Assembly: GCA_963782055.1 (NCBI GenBank)
Contig: CAWAIF010000002.1
Coordinates: 32,001 to 96,000, forward strand
Direction: 5' to 3'
DNA length: 64,000 nt
Source of the DNA: an uncultured delta proteobacterium
GTDB taxonomy: Bacteria; Myxococcota_A; Polyangia; Polyangiales; Polyangiaceae
In this document: positions 50,402 to 61,741 of the stretch, piece by piece
Layout: the number at the start of each line of letters is the position of its first letter
How positions within the stretch are numbered: the stretch's first letter is position 1
The notes under the pieces: generated by a model
What the model saw: only the letters and a program-made list of their open reading frames with translations
Databases searched by the model: none
Told to the model about the DNA's origin: nothing
Translations under genes and position numbers: made by a program

Positions 50402-52605
50402 GGTTCGGGCTCGTCCACCGCGTGATGACCGACGCGCTCGCCGTCCTCGGCGTGCTCGCGGTCGTCAGCACGGCGGCGCTCGGGCCGTGGGTCAACGCGC
50501 TCCTTCTCCTGGGCATGGGCTTCGCGCTCGCCACGCCGGAGTCGTGGCAGAGCAAGCCCGTCTTCCACCACGCGGCGACGCTCGCCGCGGTGCTGCTCGT
50601 CGTGGTGCAGGGCGCGCGCCTGGTGGCGGGGCAGCCGCCCATCGACGTGATGGTGGAGCTCGCCGCGCTGCTGCAGGTCATCCGCGTCGCCTCACGCCGC
50701 GGCGCCGCGCACGACCACCAGATCATCGTCCTGTCCCTGCTGCACTTCGTGGCCGGGACCGTGCTGGGCGGTGGCCTCGCCTACGGCCTGTGCTTCCTCG
50801 GCTTCCTGATCGTCGCCCCCGGCGCGCTCGTGCTCTCGCACCTGCGTCGCGAGGTGGAGGGCAACTACCGGCAGGGCGCGCGCGATCGCACCGGCCTCCC
50901 GGTGGACGTGCCGCGCATCCTCCGGAGCCGCCGCGTCGTCGGACGCGGCTTCCTCGCCGCGACGTGCCTCATCTCGGTGCCGGTCATCGTCTTCACCGCG
51001 CTGCTCTTCGTGCTCTTCCCGCGCGTGGGCTTCTCCCTGCTCTCCATCACGCACCCGCACGGCGGCCGCCTCATCGGGTTCTCCGACCACGTGGACCTGA
51101 GCGAGGTCGGGATGCTGCGCGCCGACCCCTCCGTGGCGCTGCGCTTCGTGACGAAGGACGTGCCGGACCCGCCGCCACCGCTCCTGCCCATCCGGCTGCG
51201 CGGGACCGCGTTCGACTCCTACGACGGCCACGCGTGGGCGCGCACGCTCGCCGACCGCCACGCGGCCGAGCACGTGCCGGGGATGACCGACGAGTACGTC
51301 GTCGTGCGCTCGCCCAAGTCCACCGATCACAAGGTGACCTTCGACGTCGAGCCGATCGACCCGCCGGTGGTGTTCCTGCCTCCGCGCGCGGTCGCGCTGC
51401 ACATCAAGCCGCAGGCGCAGACGCTCATCGGCGACCCGCTCACCCTCCAGCGCGGACCGGAGGGAGAGCTGCGCTACGCCGGCGGGGACGGGCGCGGCAT
51501 CCGCTACGAGGTCTACGTCGCGCCGGAAGGGGAGGTGCTCCCCTCCGCGCTCTCCAGCCAGGACCGTGTGCGCTACCTGGCCTTGCCCGATCTGCCCGCG
51601 CGCATCGGCACGCTCGCCCACCGGTGGGCTGACGGAGAGCCGACGGAGGCCCTGAAGGCACACGCCATCCTCGTGCACCTCAGGCACGAGTACCGCTGGG
51701 ACAACAACTCCCCCTCCAACGGCAAGCCGCAGCCCATCGACGACTTTCTGTTCGTCTCGCACCGCGGGCACTGCGAGTTCTTCTCCACCGCGATGGCGCT
51801 CATGCTCCGCGAGGTGGGCATCCCCTCCCGCAACGTGACCGGCTTCGTGGGCGGCAGCTACAACCGATTCGGCCACTACTACGCCGTGCGCCAGCGCGAC
51901 GCGCACTCGTGGGTCGAGGCGTACATCACCGACGGCCCGCGCTCCGGCTGGCGCACCTTCGACCCGACGCCCGGCATCGGCGCGCGGCCGATGCGCGACG
52001 ACGGCGGGCCGTGGATCTACCTGCGGGACCTGATCGAGGCGCTCTCGCAGCGCTGGGAGAGCTACGTCGTCGGCTACGACCTGCCCACGCAGGTGCGCAT
52101 CATCGAGGCCCTGGGGCGCCGCTACGATCACCTGCGGGAGCGCGCAGGGCTCCGCCACGGAGCGTGGGGGAAGCTGACGCGCGGGCCCGTCGTCGCCGCC
52201 GCCGCCCTCGCGCTGATCCTCGCGGCGTACGCGTTCTGGCGCCGCCGAAGGCGCAAGCGCGGCGCGGGCGAGTCGGGGTCCAAGCCGGTGACGACGCGAG
52301 AGATGGCGCTCGCGGCGGCGATGTACCGCGCGCTGGAGGCCGCGCTCTCCGGCCACGGCCTCACCCGGCCGACGTCGCTTCCACCCCTACGGTTTGCCGA
52401 GGAGCTCTCCGCGCGGGCCCACCCGCTCGGGGAGGAGGTCGTCGAGCTCACGCGCATCTACCTCGACGCGCGCTTCGGGGGAGTGGTCCTCTCGGAGGAC
52501 GAGACGCGGACGTTCGACCGGCGAGTGCGCGCGGTGCGGGCGTGGAAGCCCGCACCCCTGCCGCCGAAGACGAGGGACGCTCAGCCGGAGAGCCTGGCGA
52601 GCTGA
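50398..52605 (+). CDS. DUF3488/TgpA-like membrane transglutaminase
   Basis: Multi-TM N-terminus, LFVLFPR, GFSDHV.L, RLRGTAFD.YDG..W, GHCEFF, AHSWVE, FDPTP. Confidence 0.9.
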   Translation: MRFGLVHRVMTDALAVLGVLAVVSTAALGPWVNALLLLGMGFALATPESWQSKPVFHHAATLAAVLLVVVQGARLVAGQPPIDVMVELAALLQVIRVASRRGAAHDHQIIVLSLLHFVAGTVLGGGLAYGLCFLGFLIVAPGALVLSHLRREVEGNYRQGARDRTGLPVDVPRILRSRRVVGRGFLAATCLISVPVIVFTALLFVLFPRVGFSLLSITHPHGGRLIGFSDHVDLSEVGMLRADPSVALRFVTKDVPDPPPPLLPIRLRGTAFDSYDGHAWARTLADRHAAEHVPGMTDEYVVVRSPKSTDHKVTFDVEPIDPPVVFLPPRAVALHIKPQAQTLIGDPLTLQRGPEGELRYAGGDGRGIRYEVYVAPEGEVLPSALSSQDRVRYLALPDLPARIGTLAHRWADGEPTEALKAHAILVHLRHEYRWDNNSPSNGKPQPIDDFLFVSHRGHCEFFSTAMALMLREVGIPSRNVTGFVGGSYNRFGHYYAVRQRDAHSWVEAYITDGPRSGWRTFDPTPGIGARPMRDDGGPWIYLRDLIEALSQRWESYVVGYDLPTQVRIIEALGRRYDHLRERAGLRHGAWGKLTRGPVVAAAALALILAAYAFWRRRRRKRGAGESGSKPVTTREMALAAAMYRALEAALSGHGLTRPTSLPPLRFAEELSARAHPLGEEVVELTRIYLDARFGGVVLSEDETRTFDRRVRAVRAWKPAPLPPKTRDAQPESLAS

Positions 52606-53021
52606 ATCCGGACCTGCTCGCCGCGGGCGAGGCCGACCATGCTGCCCGCGTTGGGGCGAGCGAGGCGGGCGTCCAGCTCCAGATCGGGCTTGCCACGCTC
52701 CACCCAGGCCACGACGAGGGGCTGCGTCCGCGCGGCGGAGCCGCCGGCGAGCTGCACGAGGCTCACCTCCACGCCGGTGCGCAGCTCCTCCGCCGTGACG
52801 GCGCGCTGAACCGACGCCAGCGGGCGCCCGCGCTCGGGGATCTCCCCGGCCGAGGCCTCGTACGTCTGGACGATGAGCCGCATGGCGCCGGTGGAGACCG
52901 GCTCACCACGGATCTCGGCGCGCACCGTCGCGGCGCCGCTCACTCCGAGCGTGGCGGCGGCGAGCAGGCTCATCCATGAGCCGGCTTGCGAGCGTGTCGG
53001 GGGCACGTTGCGAGGGGACAT
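52581..53021 (-). CDS. Small hypothetical secreted protein (start may be 52973)
   Basis: Signal-like MSLLAAATLGVSGAATVRA; sigma54-like promoter immediately upstream. Confidence 0.55.
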   Translation of the reverse strand: MSPRNVPPTRSQAGSWMSLLAAATLGVSGAATVRAEIRGEPVSTGAMRLIVQTYEASAGEIPERGRPLASVQRAVTAEELRTGVEVSLVQLAGGSAARTQPLVVAWVERGKPDLELDARLARPNAGSMVGLARGEQVRIQLARLSG

Positions 53022-53034
53022 CGGCTCAACCAGA

Positions 53035-53050
53035 TGCGAGAGGCGTGCCA
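53035..53050 (-). promoter_or_regulatory. Putative sigma54 (-24/-12) promoter
   Basis: Minus strand TGGCACGCCTCTCGCA, matching TGGCAC and GG-N10-GC spacing. Confidence 0.6.
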
Positions 53051-53248
53051 AGAGACGTCCGGGCGGCAGGCGGGGAGTCGATCGGGGCCTTTCCCTGGTG
53101 AAATGACGGGAGTCCGCGATCATTCCCTGGATGCGACGGATGGGTGGACCCCTGTCACCCCCGTCACCCATGTCGTGTCCGGGACAGTTGATGTCGCTCG
53201 GGCATCCCGGAATGACACAGCGTGTGTGCGGGCGTCCGGCGCTGCGGG

Positions 53249-54058
53249 TCACGGGACGCAGCCGGAGACCTGGTTGGACCAGAGCTTGGACACAGTCCAC
53301 GCGTCCACGTCCACGACCGCCGGAAGGATGCAGAAGTCGGCGATCTCACCGCCGTTCTTGGGCTGGTCGGCGTCGCTGTACCAGCCGTGGAAGCCGGGGT
53401 CGGTCGCCATCTCCACCAGCTCGTGGGCGATGGCGAAGGAGCTGCGCCCCTTGTCGCACGGAGGCATCACGGCGTACGGCTCCTGGCCGTCGAAGGCGTG
53501 GTAGCCGCTCTCGTCGACGCACGTGCGGAAGGTGTAGGTGCCGCGGGTGCCGAGCGAGACGTTCACCCCTTCGGGCAAGAACACCAGGTACGCCTGCGCC
53601 GGCGGCACCGCCGCCGTGTGAAGCAGCGCGTGGATGCTCTGGTTGAGGTCGAGCGAATCGATGAGTCCCCCGGAGACCTTGCCCTCCATGTCCAGCGCGC
53701 CGAGCGGCACCCGCACGCTGCCGGCGCGCGTCCCTGGCCCCACGCCGTACTCCGTCAGGTGGCCCCAGTACGCCGACCCCAGCATCCAGTCGACGAGACC
53801 GTCGACGCTGGGCGCGCCGCCCTCGCTCGCCTCTCCGACGTACACCACCGTGAGGGTCATCGCCGAGAGCACGTCGCCGTCGTGAGGGGTGACGCGATCG
53901 CCGCCATCGTAGGCGCCCGCGTAGGCGTCGCGCGCGTTGACGCCGTAGGCGTCGGGGCCGGCGTCGACGGGCTCCTCGCCGGGGCCGGCCACCTCGCCGC
54001 CGCAGCCCGCGAGCCCCAGCATCACGCAAGCGAGCACCGCCGGCGGCGTCGACCCCAC
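53249..54058 (-). CDS. Lipoprotein with Phi-1/EXORDIUM-like domain (start uncertain)
   Basis: Lipobox LAGC; HDGDVL, S.YW..LTEYGV, CVDESGYH, HELVEMATDP, GWY, GGEIADFC. Confidence 0.6.
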   Translation of the reverse strand: MGSTPPAVLACVMLGLAGCGGEVAGPGEEPVDAGPDAYGVNARDAYAGAYDGGDRVTPHDGDVLSAMTLTVVYVGEASEGGAPSVDGLVDWMLGSAYWGHLTEYGVGPGTRAGSVRVPLGALDMEGKVSGGLIDSLDLNQSIHALLHTAAVPPAQAYLVFLPEGVNVSLGTRGTYTFRTCVDESGYHAFDGQEPYAVMPPCDKGRSSFAIAHELVEMATDPGFHGWYSDADQPKNGGEIADFCILPAVVDVDAWTVSKLWSNQVSGCVP

Positions 54059-54165
54059 GCCCCGAGCATGCTCGCGCTCGCCCTCACGGTCGAGGTGCCG
54101 CCCGTCGATCGGTGAGAGCCTCTCCGACAGCGCCCCACCCGGCGACCCGCGGAGGCGAACCCCGC

Positions 54166-56841
<2,676 letters not shown>

Positions 56842-56944
56842 TCATTTCAACCGATTATGCATGCGTCGCCGGGGCAAATCCGCCCGTGATTCCCCGCCCG
56901 CGGGCGCGCCGCGCCGGACACGTCGGGCGAGGCTGCGAGCACCG

Positions 56945-58072
<1,128 letters not shown>

Positions 58073-58088
58073 GACGAGCCGGACGGGC

Positions 58089-59223
58089 TCAGATACGCAT
58101 GGGCATGACGACTGCGAGGAACTGCATGTCGCTCGCCGGTCGGACGACGGCGGGGTCCAGGTCCCCGCTGAGACAGAGCACGACGTCTTCCTCGTCGAGG
58201 GCGCCGAGCACGTCCAGGAAGTACTTGGCGTTGAATCCGATCGTCATGGGAGAACCGGCGTAGTCGACGGGCACCTCATCGGAGCCCTCCCCGCTGTCCG
58301 GCGACTCGCTGGAGATGCGCATCACCGAGGGGCCGATGGAGAGCTTGACCCCCCCGGTGCGCTCGCTCGCCGCGATGGATACTGCCCGCAGGGCATCGGC
58401 GAACGCCGCGCGCGCGACGCGGATCTTCTTCTCGCTGTTCTGCGGGATGACCTGCGCGTACGGGGGAAACTGCGCGTCGACCAGCTTCACGCTGAACGTG
58501 GTGCCTCCCGACTGGAAGAAGGCGCTGGAGCTGCTCTGCGTGATGGAGATCTGAGCCTTCTGGTCCTTGGGGCCGTCGGCCATGACCTCGTCGCAGAGTC
58601 GCCGGAGCTCCTGGATGGCCTTGAGCGGAATGAGCATCGTCGCGGAGGCCTGCCGGCCGGCGACCTTCATCTCCATCTTGGAGAGGCGATGGCCATCGGT
58701 GGACACCATCCGCACCACGTCGCCGTCCCACTCGAAGAGCGCGGAGTTGAGGTGCGCCCGCGTCTCGTCCGTCGAGATGGAGAAGTGCGTCTTGGCGATG
58801 AGCTCGGCCAGCACGTCGACGTCGAGCGCCAGCGTGGGGGCGCCCTCCGCCGGCGCGGGGAGCGGAGGGAAGTCGTCTCCGGCCATGCCGCGCAGGCTGT
58901 AGCGCCGCGCGCTGCCGGCAGCCTTGAGCACCGTCGTGGAGTTCTCCTGCGTCGCGATCTCGGATCGTCCCCTCGGGCATCATCCGCACGCGCTCGAACA
59001 GATCCTTCGCCGGGACGGCGACGCTCCCGCCCTTCTTCACCTCGGCGGGGACTCTCCCGGCTATGGACAGGTACAGGTCGGTCGCCGCGAGCCTTAGGGC
59101 GTTGGGGCCATCCACGGCGAGCAGCACGTTGGAGAGCACCGGCATCGTGCTCTTGCGCTCGGCCACGCCCTGCATTCGCGCCACCAGCTTCAGCAGGTCC
59201 TTCTTCGCGACCGACAGTTCCAT
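58089..59223 (-). CDS. dnaN: DNA polymerase III beta sliding clamp; +1 frameshift at ~58962
   Basis: KSTMPVLSNVLL, ATDL; after removing one G in GGATC the frame reads GTIEIATQEN...; DETR..LN, VSTDGHRL, FPPY..VIP, GFNAKY.LD, VVMPMRI. Confidence 0.95.
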
Positions 59224-59591
59224 GGGCCTCCCAGTCAACGGCGACCCGCCCACGGGAGGGCCGACCGCTCTGGGCTCGTTTACCAGAATCCCGTTCCGGT
59301 GGCGTGGGCCAAATCCACACCGAGGCGTCTCCGGCGCTCCGCTCTCATACAGTGTTAATTTAAAGAAAATAGTGGTGGTGATAGGGCCTGTGGAATGTGG
59401 GGATATCTCGAAAAGGTCAACGAAACCCGACGCTTGGTCTCGGTCGGCCTGTGGGGACAGCGGCTCGCCGGGGCTTGGCGGGGGAGGGACAAACGCCCGA
59501 CCCCGGTTATCCAGAGAGAACCGCGTACCTACATCCCCATCATTGTGGACACCTTTCCCACACGGGGGAAAGGTGCGCCCGAGGGCCCTCG
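59224..59591. other. Probable chromosomal replication origin (oriC)
   Basis: AT-rich TTAATTTAAAGAAAAT (59355-59370), TAG-TGG-TGG-TGA-TAG trios (59370-59384), GGCC, tandem DnaA-box-like 9-mers (59389-59406), further boxes at 59311, 59452, 59507 (TTATCCAGA), 59531, 59544, 59554; upstream of dnaN. Confidence 0.85.
59550..59575 (-). terminator. Hairpin at the end of the ccm operon, at the edge of oriC
   Basis: Perfect 10-bp inverted repeat CACCTTTCCC/GGGAAAGGTG, 16 nt past the stop; no U-tract. Confidence 0.45.
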
Positions 59592-60983
59592 TCAGGCCTC
59601 TCCCGCCTGGGCCTTGCGCGCCAGCCAGCGGGCCAGCTCATCCACCAGCTCCCGGTGGGCGCGCTCGTAGGTCCGGGGGCCGACATCGCCCACAGTCCGT
59701 GCGCGTTCCAGCTGCTCCAGCTCCTCCAGGAGGCGGACCCGCTCCGACTTCTCGGCAGCGGCCTTGCGCTCCCCCTTGCGCTGCAGCGCGAGGTAGATGC
59801 CCAGCGCCACGGCCAGCCCGGCGGCGATGGTGGCGTAGATGCGCCCAGGACCGGGCGTTGGCAGGTCCTGGAGGCTGATGTGGAGCATCCGCATGGGGCG
59901 CTCGCCCTGCCGGAGCTGGCGGCCTGTGACGAGCATGCGGCCCCCTTCCTGGTCGGTCTGGGGCATCGCCGTGGGGAAGCCGTCGACCACCAGCTTCATC
60001 CCCTGCGCGGCGGCGGCCCGGACGGTGAAGGCGGCGGCGTTGGGGGGCGCGCCGATGTCCATGTCCACCTGATGAGTGCCCGCGTACGGCAGCTGCCAGG
60101 AGAAGACGACCATGCTCTCCCCCGGGCCGAACGTGCCGCGAAGCTTCGCCCCGCGGGAGGGGACGGCGTCGACTCCCTGATCGCTCATCTGCTTCTGCGA
60201 GTTGAGCGCGGTAAATTCGGGGGGGAGCGCCAGGATGACGTCGCGAGGCACCCACGCGACGCGCCCGGCGTTGAAGATGCGGACGGCCTCCTGGGCCTGC
60301 ATCCTGTCGTCCTTCATCTCCAGGTAGACGACGCCCTTGCTCACGACGACGACATCGCGCTGGAGGTCGTGCCCCACGGGGTAGACGTGCAGCACCACGT
60401 GGATGCCGTGATCGAGCGGGAGGCGGAAGGGCATGGCGGCGAAGGTGCCGCCGTCCACATCGACGGTGACGCGGTAGGCGATGTTGCTGCCCGTCTGCTT
60501 GCCGGTGAAGATGTCGCGGCCTTCGGCGTCGGTGATGGCGGGGAGGTGCTCGTGCTTCTCTCCCTTGGCGACCGACTGGTGGACGATGGCGAGCGTGAAC
60601 GCCTGGTTCGGCAGCGGCTTGTCGTCGGGATCCCTCAGGTCGACGACGATGGTGCCAGCGGCGAGCTTGGGGTCCTCTTCACTGGTGTCCTTGGGCACCG
60701 TCATGCCGCCGGAGGCTCCGTTCATCGGCGGGTGGCCGGGAGGCAGCGCTGTCGACGACGGCGCGGCGGAGGGGGACGCCGACGCGGAGGTGGACGGCCG
60801 GGCCGTGGCTGCCGCGGCGCCCGACGCGGCTGGTCCTGCCGACGAACGGGGCTTCGCCACCGGGGACGACGTGGATGCGGCGGGAACGGCGGGATGCCCG
60901 GCGGGCAGAGACTGCGCCAGCGCCGGCACCGAGGCCGCGGTGGCGAAGAGCATGGCGACGAGCGCACCGCGGAGGCTCTTCAT
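59592..60983 (-). CDS. Periplasmic membrane-anchored protein of the ccm operon
   Basis: Signal peptide, two LP(A/P)GHP motifs, beta-sandwich-like TDAEGR, C-terminal TM + LLEELEQLE...G.V...Y. Confidence 0.75.
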   Translation of the reverse strand: MKSLRGALVAMLFATAASVPALAQSLPAGHPAVPAASTSSPVAKPRSSAGPAASGAAAATARPSTSASASPSAAPSSTALPPGHPPMNGASGGMTVPKDTSEEDPKLAAGTIVVDLRDPDDKPLPNQAFTLAIVHQSVAKGEKHEHLPAITDAEGRDIFTGKQTGSNIAYRVTVDVDGGTFAAMPFRLPLDHGIHVVLHVYPVGHDLQRDVVVVSKGVVYLEMKDDRMQAQEAVRIFNAGRVAWVPRDVILALPPEFTALNSQKQMSDQGVDAVPSRGAKLRGTFGPGESMVVFSWQLPYAGTHQVDMDIGAPPNAAAFTVRAAAAQGMKLVVDGFPTAMPQTDQEGGRMLVTGRQLRQGERPMRMLHISLQDLPTPGPGRIYATIAAGLAVALGIYLALQRKGERKAAAEKSERVRLLEELEQLERARTVGDVGPRTYERAHRELVDELARWLARKAQAGEA

Positions 60984-61741
60984 GCGTCCGCCTCTTCTCC
61001 AAGGGGCGCTCCACACTTCTTGCAGAACGTCGCGTCGGGCTCGTTGGACGTGGCGCACTTCGCGCATTCCAGTCGTTCGGTGCCGGCCGGAGTGGTCGCG
61101 TCGGGGGAAGGGTCGGAGTCGGCGGCGGGCGTCTGCGGCTCGTCCGGCTCGTCCGGCGCAGGCGCCGGGACGTCCTTCGTCGGCTGGGAGGCGGCTTGCT
61201 TCGCCGCCGCGCCCTTCTTCCCGAGCCCGCGCTTCGCCAGGTGGGCGCGCGCGATCTGCTCCGCCTTCTCCCTGTAGCCATCGATGGCGACGTCCATCTC
61301 CTTCATCAGCACCTTGGCCTGCTCTCGATAGTCGGCGACCAGGTGGTCGTAGTCCTCGTCGTCGATCTTTCCCACGGAGTGCTCCAGCTCCAGGTCCTTC
61401 AGCGAGCGGAGCACGATCCGCTTCTTCTCGGCCGTGGAGCTCGAGCGGCGCATCATGGTGGCCTGCGCCTCGTCCAGTGCGTCGTCGATGGGGGCGTCCC
61501 CAGCGAGCGAGCGCAGGCTCGTCCAGAGCAGCAGGATCGCCCCGAGCAGCATGCCGGTGACCACCACCAGCACCGCCGGGCCGAGGCTGGAGGAGAGCCC
61601 GACCGCGATGGCGCCGAAGAGGGTGAGGAGCGGCAGCCCGATGGCCACACCCCGCGCGAGGAGGCTCTCGGCGTCCGGAGGGGGAGGAGCGACCGGAGGG
61701 GCAGGTGCCGCGGGCTTCGCCTGGCTGCGGGCCTTAGCCAT
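60980..61741 (-). CDS. Membrane protein with CcmI-like coiled segment and C-terminal zinc ribbon
   Basis: Two TMs; LRSLKDLELEH..GKIDDEDY; CAKC...N.PDATFCKKCG. Confidence 0.75.
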   Translation of the reverse strand: MAKARSQAKPAAPAPPVAPPPPDAESLLARGVAIGLPLLTLFGAIAVGLSSSLGPAVLVVVTGMLLGAILLLWTSLRSLAGDAPIDDALDEAQATMMRRSSSTAEKKRIVLRSLKDLELEHSVGKIDDEDYDHLVADYREQAKVLMKEMDVAIDGYREKAEQIARAHLAKRGLGKKGAAAKQAASQPTKDVPAPAPDEPDEPQTPAADSDPSPDATTPAGTERLECAKCATSNEPDATFCKKCGAPLGEEADA

